A stretch of 40,871 nt of DNA from an uncultured Acidobacteriota bacterium. Its GTDB lineage: Bacteria > Acidobacteriota > UBA890. Positions 26,482-35,483 of this stretch are shown here, piece after piece (within the stretch, counting starts at the first letter, position 1; each line of letters begins with the position of its first letter). Below the pieces are notes generated by a model. That model was not told where the DNA came from, did no database searches, and saw nothing but the letters and a program-made list of their open reading frames with translations. The stretch is taken from assembly GCA_964455175.1 (NCBI GenBank), contig CAYVUW010000011.1, forward strand, positions 2,445 to 43,315, given 5' to 3'. A program made the translations under genes and the position numbers.

Positions 26482-28146
26482 ATGCGTATACGACAACTTC
26501 TAGTCAGCTTTTATCCACTGATTTTTGTGACAGCAACGATTGGTTTCATAGTTATTCCGGCTGTTGGTTTGGCGTCACCCGCGTCGCAGCAAGGACAGCA
26601 ACAATCTCCCAAGCTCGAACTTAGCCTTGATGATGCGGTGCAATTGGCTCTCCGACAAAACCTAGATATAGCGTTTATTGACTATGATCGTGACATTGCT
26701 CATCAGAGCATAATTGCGGCAGAAGGCTTGTTTGATCCGATCGTTGGTGTTGGCACCCCTGGTGCGCCGGCAGTTGTTGGAACTGTCGCTAGCGGTTTTG
26801 GTCAAACAGCTTCGCCCGTTGGAGGCGTTGGGTTTTCGTCGTCGGAGAGTCCGTCGACGACAGCACTCGCTGGTGCTCCTGTTAGTGAGAGCCAGGGTTT
26901 CAATACGCAGGTTCGTTTCACGCATCAGTTTGATTTTGGGTTCAACTACCAATTCGGCTACAACATTGGTCGTAGCACCAGCAACAGCACATTTACGAAC
27001 CTGAATCCGTCGTGGAACAACACCCTGGGGTTTGCTTTCGCCCAACCGTTGTTGCGCGGTCGTGGAAAGGAAGCGAGCGGTGCGCAGCTACTTTTAGCGA
27101 GGCGCAACGCGGAGGTTAGTGACCACGTGTTCCGTACCCAGGTGGAAACTATCTTGTTCAGTGTCGTGCAAACCTACTGGGAGTTGGTGTTCGCGCGCGG
27201 CAACTTGGAAGTCTCCGAACGGTCGTTGCAGCTCGCTCAAGAACAGCTTGGACGAACACAGGTACAGGTTGAGGTAGGCATGCTGGCCCCGGTTGAGGAG
27301 ACTCAGGCAGAAGTTGCCGTGGCGCAACGTCGCAACGAACTGATCATTGCACGAAACGGGCTTGAGGACGCTACCGACAACCTAAAGATGCTACTCAAAG
27401 CCGAGTCCTTGCCGGGTGGCTGGGAAACTGTGATTGACCTTACTGATGCACCGGAGATCACACCACGCCAAGCTGACATTGATGAAGAGATCCAGACGGC
27501 ACTTGCCAATCGGCCCGAAATTGCCACTGCCCGGGCCCGAATTGCCGCCAGACAAGTTGAGGTTAACGCTACACGAAACTCAATGTTGCCAGCACTCGAT
27601 GTGGTGGGCGGGGTTTCGTTCGTTGGTATCGGCGGCGATACGATTGTCCGCGAACCCTTTCCCGGTCAAAAGATCATCGAAATTCTTCCCGGTGGCTATG
27701 GTGATGCTCTCAGTGCTTTGTACGGGTTTGGTTTTAGTACTTGGAGAGTTGGATTTAACTTCAGCATGCCGATTGGCAATAGCACCGCAAGAGGAAATTA
27801 CGCGCAGGCGACACTTAACGAAGACAAGGCGCGGACTGAGTTGGAACGTACTGAACAACAAGCAATTCTTGAGGTCCGACAAGCAGTGCGTGCTGTCTCT
27901 GCAGCCGGTGAACTTGTGACCTCGACGGCAAAAACGCTCGAATTGGCAAAACAACAGCTGACAATCGAACAGGATCGCTTTGATGTCGGGATGTCGACGA
28001 ACTTCGAGGTGTTGGCGTTTCAGGACGAGTTGAGGCGTGCAGAAGCCCAAGAGCTTCGTGCCATGATCGACTACCGCAATGCACAGGCTTTACTGGCGCG
28101 CGTCACGGGTTCAATCGTCGAGACCTGGGGAATTCAAATTCAGTAG
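26482..28146 (+). CDS. TolC-family outer membrane protein
   Basis: LSLDDAVQLAL.QN, QPLLRGRG, VVQTYWEL, ALANRPE, FSMPIGN, RFDVGMSTNFEVL. Start uncertain (26437, 26449 or 26482). Confidence 0.9.
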   Translation: MRIRQLLVSFYPLIFVTATIGFIVIPAVGLASPASQQGQQQSPKLELSLDDAVQLALRQNLDIAFIDYDRDIAHQSIIAAEGLFDPIVGVGTPGAPAVVGTVASGFGQTASPVGGVGFSSSESPSTTALAGAPVSESQGFNTQVRFTHQFDFGFNYQFGYNIGRSTSNSTFTNLNPSWNNTLGFAFAQPLLRGRGKEASGAQLLLARRNAEVSDHVFRTQVETILFSVVQTYWELVFARGNLEVSERSLQLAQEQLGRTQVQVEVGMLAPVEETQAEVAVAQRRNELIIARNGLEDATDNLKMLLKAESLPGGWETVIDLTDAPEITPRQADIDEEIQTALANRPEIATARARIAARQVEVNATRNSMLPALDVVGGVSFVGIGGDTIVREPFPGQKIIEILPGGYGDALSALYGFGFSTWRVGFNFSMPIGNSTARGNYAQATLNEDKARTELERTEQQAILEVRQAVRAVSAAGELVTSTAKTLELAKQQLTIEQDRFDVGMSTNFEVLAFQDELRRAEAQELRAMIDYRNAQALLARVTGSIVETWGIQIQ

Positions 28147-28215
28147 GTGTCTCCTCAGACACACAAGCCAGGTGAGCACCCCTCCCCGGTCTTGAGACAC
28201 AAGTTGTCTCTCCCT

Positions 28216-29628
28216 ATGATGACGGGAATGGACAATGCTCGCACATTCTCATTAGTCATTACCGTGGCTATTGCTGCAGGTTCGGTGCTTGTGTCTACTG
28301 GTGCCATCTCGCAACAGAAAGACGCCCCTCCGCAGTTTGAAGCCGCCGTCAAACGTGTTCTCGTCGACGTCACAGTATTTGACAAGAAAGGTCGATTTGT
28401 TCCCGACCTGACTATCGACGATTTCGAGATTCTTGAAGAAGGCCACCCAGTTAATCTCAGCTTTTTTGCTCTTGAAAGATTCCGCAAAGCACTCCCTGTT
28501 CGGTCGACAGAAAACGGTGAAGTGCCGAAAGGGGAGCAGATGCCACCGGAGCTCGCGGAGGCGCCGCTGTTGCCGCGTTATATGGTTTTGTTTGTCGACG
28601 GATTTAATACGTCGCCACCTGATTGGGACAATGTTCGCTACGCTCTTAACGACTATTTGGACAAACACGTCCAGGAAAACGACCGTCTCCTATTAGCGAC
28701 GCTAACCCCGACCCGGAAGCTTCTGGTGGGGCCGGAATTCACCCGGGACGTCAATAGTCTTAAGCGGCTCATTAACCAACTGGCAACTAATCCATCGATT
28801 AAGGAGCGTGAGAGGCAGAATAAGCAAGACTTGTTGGCGCTTCTGTATGACGACTCGAATCAGCTTTCGGCCCTCAATGTTGCCGGGGAAAGCATTGGTT
28901 CCGACGCACAAGGGAACGTAGCCAACGAGGCTAATATTCTTCGCCAGGGGGCCAATTTGGCGGAGGTATTTGCTGGTCAGCGCAAAGACGAGATCCTTTA
29001 CACACTGAATTCGATGACGTCGTTAGCCCAACACCTTAGTCGCACGTTTGATGTTCCAGGCCCCAAGACGATGATCATGGTATCGGGCGGGATCTCAGGA
29101 AATCCCGGTAGCGTCTACTATTACATTCTCGATGCTCGTCTCGACCAAGCGTCGGCCGAGGCGCGAGTAGATGCACCGATGGCTGCGGAACATCCAGTTG
29201 CTTTCCGTCAGCCACATGCTCAAACGATTGATACTTACTTGCTACGAGCAATTGGCCACCTTAACCGCATGAACTACACGCTCTACACTATCGGAGCACG
29301 GGGGACGGTGATTGGTGCGTTCGAAGATGCAACGGACAGGTTTCGTAGCAATCTCACCCCAGGTATTTCGTCGATTGCTTATCGTGACGAAGATGCGGGC
29401 CTGGAGATATTGTCGCGCGGCACGGGTGGTCTAGCATTCCACAATTCGGCCAATTTCTTTGGTGCCTTTGAGCGGATCGATCATGATACGGCTTTCCGCT
29501 ACGTCCTTGGTTATGCGCCACCAGAACGGACTGATAACGCGAAGCCAGACAAATTTTACCGCATTCAAGTCAAGGTCGATCGAAAAAACGTTAACGTCCG
29601 CGCCCGTCGCGGTTATGTAGGAAGTTAG
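28216..29628 (+). CDS. Exported VWA-related protein (acidobacterial type)
   Basis: VLVDVTVFDKKGRFVPDLTIDDFEILEEG, PGPKTMIMVSGG, LSRGTGG, YVLGYAP, FYRIQVKV..VRARRGY. Start uncertain (28147 to 28228). Confidence 0.88.
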   Translation: MMTGMDNARTFSLVITVAIAAGSVLVSTGAISQQKDAPPQFEAAVKRVLVDVTVFDKKGRFVPDLTIDDFEILEEGHPVNLSFFALERFRKALPVRSTENGEVPKGEQMPPELAEAPLLPRYMVLFVDGFNTSPPDWDNVRYALNDYLDKHVQENDRLLLATLTPTRKLLVGPEFTRDVNSLKRLINQLATNPSIKERERQNKQDLLALLYDDSNQLSALNVAGESIGSDAQGNVANEANILRQGANLAEVFAGQRKDEILYTLNSMTSLAQHLSRTFDVPGPKTMIMVSGGISGNPGSVYYYILDARLDQASAEARVDAPMAAEHPVAFRQPHAQTIDTYLLRAIGHLNRMNYTLYTIGARGTVIGAFEDATDRFRSNLTPGISSIAYRDEDAGLEILSRGTGGLAFHNSANFFGAFERIDHDTAFRYVLGYAPPERTDNAKPDKFYRIQVKVDRKNVNVRARRGYVGS

Positions 29629-29687
29629 TAAACTTAGCCAACCATCACTTTATTACTTGTTTGTGCCAATCCGGGCACGGGGTCCTC

Positions 29688-30692
29688 ATGAAAGCCTTAG
29701 CGATCCGACAGCATGGTGCGCTTGATCAGGTTGCGTTGCTCGATGTTCCTCCTCCCGAGCTGGCCAGGGGTAGCGTACGCGTCGAGCTTCGAGCAGCGGC
29801 ACTTAATCACCTGGACCTCTTTGTAATTGCTGGGATTCCTGGGATAGAGGTGTCGATGCCCCATGTACTGGGGGCTGATGGTGCCGGAGTGGTGAGCGAA
29901 GTAGCCGATGATGTCAGCAATGTGTCTGTGGGTGACGAGGTCGTACTTGATCCCGGTCTCGGCTCTCCTGACGAAACCGGCTATTCACTTTTGGGCGAGA
30001 TGGTCCCCGGAACTTTTGCCGAGCAGATCGTGGTCCCAGCCGAGAACTGCTACCCCAAACCAGCTTCGCTGTCTTGGACCGCTGCGGCAGCGTTTCCGCT
30101 CGTCATGCTGACAGCCTGGCGCATGATCGTGTCTAAGGCGAGCTTGCAGGCAGGGGAGTGGGTTTTGATCCACGGTATTGGCGGCGGGGTTAGCCTTGCA
30201 GCCCTTCAGATCGCCCGCCATCTTGGCGCCCGTGCCATCGTAACCAGCCATAGCGATACCAAACGTCAGCGAGCTCGTGAGTTCGGTGCGGAAAATGCTG
30301 TTGACTATAACCACGACGATGTGGTCGCAGCGGTCCGAGCTTGTACCGAGGGGGTTGGGGCTGATGTCGTGATCGACAATGTTGGCGAAGCGACATTTGA
30401 TACTAGTATCCGTGCATGTCGCAAGGGAGGCCGCATCATCACCTGCGGCGCGACTTCAGGGCCGAAAGTCCTGGTTGATGTGCGTCGGGTGTTTTGGCGG
30501 CAGGTGTCGATCATGGGGTCAACAATGGGTGATTCTGAAGAGTTTCGCTCTATGCTAGCCGTCATTGAGTCAGGTGAGATTGTGCCGGTTACCGACCAGG
30601 TGTTTCCGCTTGCTGAGGGACGCGCTGCCCTTGAACATTTGGAGACTGCCGAGCAGTTCGGCAAGGTCGTTCTTGATATTGACAGTCGTTAG
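29688..30692 (+). CDS. MDR-family NAD(P)H oxidoreductase, quinone-oxidoreductase-like
   Basis: AAALNHLD, PHVLGADGAG, VLIHGIGGGV, GATSG, GSTMG, QFGKVVL. Confidence 0.9.
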   Translation: MKALAIRQHGALDQVALLDVPPPELARGSVRVELRAAALNHLDLFVIAGIPGIEVSMPHVLGADGAGVVSEVADDVSNVSVGDEVVLDPGLGSPDETGYSLLGEMVPGTFAEQIVVPAENCYPKPASLSWTAAAAFPLVMLTAWRMIVSKASLQAGEWVLIHGIGGGVSLAALQIARHLGARAIVTSHSDTKRQRAREFGAENAVDYNHDDVVAAVRACTEGVGADVVIDNVGEATFDTSIRACRKGGRIITCGATSGPKVLVDVRRVFWRQVSIMGSTMGDSEEFRSMLAVIESGEIVPVTDQVFPLAEGRAALEHLETAEQFGKVVLDIDSR

Positions 30693-30754
30693 CCGAATAT
30701 TGACATGGTCTGTAAACCTCAAAGTACTCGGACGATCCACCAAAGCTCTGCCCA

Positions 30755-31609
30755 ATGACAGATACTTTCTCCCGGATCTATACGTGGGTTTCCTTCGTAA
30801 AGTTTGAACACACACTGTTTTCGTTACCCTTGCTGTATGCAGGCGCGGTGATTGCATCAGGGGCTTTTCCCGACCTGCGAACCTCACTGTGGATTCTCGG
30901 TGGGGGGACCGGGGCCCGAACGGCAGCAATGGGGCTTAACCGGATCATCGATCGCAATATCGACGCACGGAATTTGCGGACCGAGGCTCGGGAGTTGCCG
31001 CGCGGAACCATGAATTTAGCCGAAGCCTGGGGAATTGTGGCAGCGGGGCTAGCTCTCTATCTTTTCTCTTGCTTTATGCTTTCGCCGTTTGCGTTGTCTT
31101 TGTCACCGGTGCCGCTGATCGTCTTTGTAATCTATCCGTATATGAAACGTTTCACGTCTCTGGCCCATTTTGGCGTAGGCACTGCTTTGGCTCTTGCGCC
31201 GCTAGGTGGTTTCATTGCCGTTACTGGGAGCATTGCTGATTCTGCCGCCGTTCTCTGGCTCGCAGCTTTCACCCTTTTTTGGGTGGCTGGATTTGACATT
31301 ATTTACGCCACTCTAGACATCGAGTTCGATCGCACGGAAGGGTTGCGAAGCCTGCCAGTCTGGCTCGGTCGCCACACGGCACTGGGGGTTTCGATGTTCA
31401 CGCACCTGCTTGCAATAGGGTGTTTAGTAGGATTGTTTGTCGAGGATCTCAGTGGTGTGATAGCAATCACTGGAATCATGGCGACTGGTGTCGTGCTGGC
31501 CGCTGAGCATTGGCTCGCTGAGCGGGTCAACCTGGCGTTTTTTCAACTGAACATCATCGTCGGATTTTTGGTGTTCGGTATCGTATTCGCAGGCAAGCAG
31601 GGTTGGTGA
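30755..31609 (+). CDS. mqnP: UbiA-family prenyltransferase of the futalosine pathway (MqnP)
   Basis: VKFEHTLFSLP, NRIIDRNIDARN.RT..RELP, YPYMKRF, WVAGFDIIYA..D. Confidence 0.9.
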   Translation: MTDTFSRIYTWVSFVKFEHTLFSLPLLYAGAVIASGAFPDLRTSLWILGGGTGARTAAMGLNRIIDRNIDARNLRTEARELPRGTMNLAEAWGIVAAGLALYLFSCFMLSPFALSLSPVPLIVFVIYPYMKRFTSLAHFGVGTALALAPLGGFIAVTGSIADSAAVLWLAAFTLFWVAGFDIIYATLDIEFDRTEGLRSLPVWLGRHTALGVSMFTHLLAIGCLVGLFVEDLSGVIAITGIMATGVVLAAEHWLAERVNLAFFQLNIIVGFLVFGIVFAGKQGW

Positions 31610-31616
31610 GCGGACG

Positions 31617-32189
31617 ATGAGCGATACAACGGCTAACAGTAAGCGGATATTGGTCGGGGTGACTGGCGCCTCTGGGGCACCCTACGCGGTGGCGTTTCTT
31701 CGACGGCAGCTTGGAGATGTCTATCTGGCGCTGTCGAACTGGGGCCGTATGGTAATGCTTGAGGAGACTGGGCTACAGGAAGATGATCTGCGGCCATTGG
31801 TTCGGAAAATTTTCTCCGACAAGGATCTTGCCAATCCGTTTTCGTCTGGATCCAATACCTTCGATGCGATGGTGATCATTCCGTGTTCTTTGACAACCAT
31901 GGCCAAGATCGCTTCTGGGATTGGAGACACGTTGATTACGCGCTCCGCCATGGTTGCTCTCAAGGAACGACGCAGACTCGTGCTCGTTGTGCGGGAAGCA
32001 CCCTGGCCTACGACTGCGTTCGAAAATGCGGCCCGGTTGTCTCGCGATGGTGTCATTGTCATACCAGCATCGCCTCCCTTCTACCATTCTCCTGGAACGC
32101 TCGACGAACTGGTTGAGCAGTTCGTCGACAAGGTAGTCGGGGTTCTTGGTTTCGAGCCGGGCAAGAAATGGCGGGAAGATGCCTTATAG
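31617..32189 (+). CDS. ubiX: UbiX-family flavin prenyltransferase (MqnM)
   Basis: GVTGASG, SSGS, PCS..T.AKIA.G, LKERR.LVLV.REAP, PPFY. Confidence 0.93.
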   Translation: MSDTTANSKRILVGVTGASGAPYAVAFLRRQLGDVYLALSNWGRMVMLEETGLQEDDLRPLVRKIFSDKDLANPFSSGSNTFDAMVIIPCSLTTMAKIASGIGDTLITRSAMVALKERRRLVLVVREAPWPTTAFENAARLSRDGVIVIPASPPFYHSPGTLDELVEQFVDKVVGVLGFEPGKKWREDAL

Positions 32190-34104
32190 CAATCTACAGG
32201 GCTTCGCCTCGGCTTTGGAATCGGCCAATGAACTTCGTCGCATTGACGCCTTAGTTGATCCATATCTCGAGATCGCGGAGATATACGATCGAGTGGTCAA
32301 ACGGGAAGGGCCGGCTCTTCTTTTTGAAAACGTGCGCGGCTCTGATTATCCGTTGCTGATCAATCCCCTCGGAAGTGCTCGACGTATCGAGTTGGCCCTT
32401 GGGCGCCACCCCAGCGAAATTGGTGCCTCGTTGCTCGAATTGGCACAGGCGGCACAGCCGCCACAGCCGCGAAAATTATGGAAACGTCGATCGACGATAC
32501 GAGAGGTTCTCTGGAACATGCGCGTATCACGGGTCCGTCGGGCGCCGGTCCATCAAGTGATAGAGAGCCCGGATTTGTCACGGCTCCCCGTGCAGACATG
32601 TTGGCCCGAGGACGGTGGTCCATTTATCACCTTCGGACTGGTAATTACTAAGGATCCGGAGACCCGCCAGCGTAATGTTGGTCTCTATCGGATTCAGGTG
32701 TACGACGCCACAACTGCGGGCATGCATTGGCAGATCCAGAAGGGGGGAGGGTTCCATTACAACAAGGCTGAACGTTTGGGAATTCCGCTTGAAGTTGCAG
32801 TAGTCATAGGTGCCGATCCCTACTTATTGATTGCGGCAATCACTTCGCTGCCCGAGGGCATAGACGAGATTGCCTTCTCAGGCCTTATGCGCCGAGCACC
32901 ATGCAAGCTGGTTCGCTGCAAGACCATTGATCTTGAGGTTCCCGCCGAGGCAGAAATAGTTCTTGAAGGCGTTGTCCCACCCCGAGAGCGGCGTCTGGAA
33001 GGCCCGTTTGGTGATCACTTCGGCCATTATAGTCACGCTAGCGACTTCCCCGTCTTCCATGTCAAGCGCTTTACCCGAAGGCGGGCTCCCTTATATCTGT
33101 CAGCAACGGTTGGTAAGCCGCCTCAAGAAGATAAGCATATCGGTAACGCGGTGCAGGAAATGATTGGGCCACTCATCAAGCTAATCCACCCTGAGATCAA
33201 GGACCTGTGGGCCTACTACGAAACTGGTTTCCATAACCTTTTGGTTATGTCGATGGATGAGCGTTATTACAAGGAATCAATGCGCACTGCGCTGGCATTG
33301 ATGGGCACCGGACAGTTGTCGCTTACAAAGTGCGGTGTGTTGGTGGATGGCAACGTCAACGTTAGCGATTTTGATGCTGTGTTGCGGGAGATTCGTGACA
33401 ACTTTGACCCTGCTAGTGATTTTCTGTTGCTACCGGGAGTGCCTCAAGACACCCTCGATTTCACCAGTTTCAAGATGAACCTTGGTAGCAAGATGGTGCT
33501 CGACGCGACCTCGGGTGCGAAGCGCACGCTGCACGGGATGCCCGGTTCCGACGCAGCCGCGGTCGCTGACGCAGCCGGTGGCGACATCCCAAGTATTGAA
33601 GGCGATTTCTCGGGCCTGGTCGTCCCTGGATTCAGTTCAGCTGATTTCGGCGATGAAGCCATTAAGTCGGGGGCAAGGGATGAACAAAACAGTGAACCGG
33701 CAAGTCGTCTCCACGTAGTAGATCCTTGTGAAATCGATTCTCGGATCCTCTCTCACATAACTCTTCAGGATTCCCTTCTTGTTGTTCAAGTTAAAGTCGG
33801 AGGGCGAGAGGTTGTCGAACGCCTCGTTCAAGCTCCTCTTGGCTCAGTCAAGATGGTCGCCGCAGTGAGCCCAGATGTGCCATTGGACAACCGAGATCTT
33901 TTACTCTGGGGAATCTTCACTCGCTTCGACTGCGCCCGTGACATTGTCTTTACCGAAGTGCAACGACGTGGTGCGTGGACCACCTGTCACGGTGTAATGG
34001 GAATCGATGCGACCTTCAAGCCCGGCTATCCCAAACCGTTAGATATGGACCCAGATATCGTTGAGAAGGTGGACAGACGATGGGCCGAATACGGGATAGA
34101 CTAA
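32179..34104 (+). CDS. ubiD: UbiD-family prFMN decarboxylase (MqnL), long form
   Basis: GPALLFENV, WPEDGGPFIT, RNVGLYR, EGPFGDHFGHY, VGKPPQED, GIDAT. ATG 32179 overlaps the end of ubiX. Confidence 0.93.
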   Translation: MPYSNLQGFASALESANELRRIDALVDPYLEIAEIYDRVVKREGPALLFENVRGSDYPLLINPLGSARRIELALGRHPSEIGASLLELAQAAQPPQPRKLWKRRSTIREVLWNMRVSRVRRAPVHQVIESPDLSRLPVQTCWPEDGGPFITFGLVITKDPETRQRNVGLYRIQVYDATTAGMHWQIQKGGGFHYNKAERLGIPLEVAVVIGADPYLLIAAITSLPEGIDEIAFSGLMRRAPCKLVRCKTIDLEVPAEAEIVLEGVVPPRERRLEGPFGDHFGHYSHASDFPVFHVKRFTRRRAPLYLSATVGKPPQEDKHIGNAVQEMIGPLIKLIHPEIKDLWAYYETGFHNLLVMSMDERYYKESMRTALALMGTGQLSLTKCGVLVDGNVNVSDFDAVLREIRDNFDPASDFLLLPGVPQDTLDFTSFKMNLGSKMVLDATSGAKRTLHGMPGSDAAAVADAAGGDIPSIEGDFSGLVVPGFSSADFGDEAIKSGARDEQNSEPASRLHVVDPCEIDSRILSHITLQDSLLVVQVKVGGREVVERLVQAPLGSVKMVAAVSPDVPLDNRDLLLWGIFTRFDCARDIVFTEVQRRGAWTTCHGVMGIDATFKPGYPKPLDMDPDIVEKVDRRWAEYGID

Positions 34105-34109
34105 GTGGT

Positions 34110-35483
34110 ATGGGCAGCCCTGCAAGTATCGGCACGAGCGATTTACATAATTTGACTGACCCGGCGCTCGAGCGAATCGTCGCCAAGTTGGAAACTGGTG
34201 AGCGGCTCGATCGTGTCGACGGACTTGCGATACTTAATTCGCAGGACTTGATTGGTGTAGGTCGTCTTGCCAATGCGGTTAAGGAAATGCGATCGGGCCC
34301 CTATGCCTTCTTCGTGCTGAATCGCCAGATTAACCCGACGAATATTTGCGTGATCTCTAGAAAGTTCTGTGATTTAGAGGCTAAAGCGGGAGACGATGAT
34401 GCCTATGAAATGACAATGGGCGAGATCCTTGAAAAAGTCCGAGAGCCGATCCACGAGGTGCATCTGGTTGGGGGCTTGCACCCAACTTGGCCGTTTGAGT
34501 ATTACGAAGAAATGCTTCGTGCCATTCGTCGTGCCAACCCGACGGTTCAGATCAAGGCGTTCACGGCTGTTGAAATCGAGTTTTTCTCTAAGCTTGCCAA
34601 GATTTCCATTGAGGACGTTCTCGACCGATTGGTTGCTGCTGGACTCGATACGATGCCAGGTGGTGGGGCAGAGGTTTTCTCGGACAGAGTCCATGATGCG
34701 TTGTACCGGGAGAAAATGGGTGCCGATCAGTGGCTTCAGATTCACCGAGTAGCACACTCCAAGGGAATTCGTACCAACGCAACATTGTTGTATGGTCACA
34801 TCGAGACCCATGAGGAACGTGTAGAACACTTGATGTTGTTGCGCGATCTACAGGACGAAACCGGCGGCTTTTTGTCGTTTATCCCGCTCGAATTTCAGCT
34901 TGGTTATACGAACCTTGTAGCTCGCCAAGCCTCAGCCCTTGATGGCTTAAAGACAATCGCCGCTTCCCGCTTACTCCTCGACAACTTTCCGCATATCAAG
35001 GCTTACTGGGTCATGCTCGGCGAGGAGACGGCATCAATGGCGCTGCAATGGGGAGCTGATGACCTCGATGGGACCATCGGGGAGGAAAAAATCGCGCATG
35101 CTGCTCTCGCCTCGAGTCCGCTCGGCTTGACGGCACATAACATGCTGAAGTTGATGCGGGAGGCCGGACGCGTTCCGGTACAGCGTGACGCACGTTACCG
35201 TGCCTTAACATTGTTTCCACCGCCGCCAGCACCGACACACTGGTCGCAACGCGGTGCCCGGGACGTTACCGCGATGATCCCGTCGAAAATTGATCCGATG
35301 ATTGCAGACACTGGCGCGGTGAGTCTTGAAAATGAGGAGCTTTACTCGTGGGACCTAGCTGGAATAAGCCCTGACCAATTGGCCGCGCGAGGAACGCTTG
35401 TCCGTGGAGATGCTCTTGCTGCTTACGATGCTGCAAGCTCAAGTTTGCCCACCGTGCCACCCGCGAGCGAAGCTTCTCGATGA
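34110..35483 (+). CDS. mqnE: Aminofutalosine synthase MqnE (CofH-like radical SAM); triad reads CxxxRxxC
   Basis: NRQINPTNIC, EVHLVGGLHP, KAFTAVEI, MPGGGAEVF, NATLLYGHIE, HIKAYWVM, GADDLDGT. The second triad Cys is Arg (AGA 34359-34361). Confidence 0.88.
   Translation: MGSPASIGTSDLHNLTDPALERIVAKLETGERLDRVDGLAILNSQDLIGVGRLANAVKEMRSGPYAFFVLNRQINPTNICVISRKFCDLEAKAGDDDAYEMTMGEILEKVREPIHEVHLVGGLHPTWPFEYYEEMLRAIRRANPTVQIKAFTAVEIEFFSKLAKISIEDVLDRLVAAGLDTMPGGGAEVFSDRVHDALYREKMGADQWLQIHRVAHSKGIRTNATLLYGHIETHEERVEHLMLLRDLQDETGGFLSFIPLEFQLGYTNLVARQASALDGLKTIAASRLLLDNFPHIKAYWVMLGEETASMALQWGADDLDGTIGEEKIAHAALASSPLGLTAHNMLKLMREAGRVPVQRDARYRALTLFPPPPAPTHWSQRGARDVTAMIPSKIDPMIADTGAVSLENEELYSWDLAGISPDQLAARGTLVRGDALAAYDAASSSLPTVPPASEASR

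Noticed and set aside
30700-30728. Perfect TTGACA upstream of mqnP as an operon promoter
   Set aside because: No convincing -10 hexamer at 16-18 nt (AGTACT at 17 nt is poor), so it is not called.
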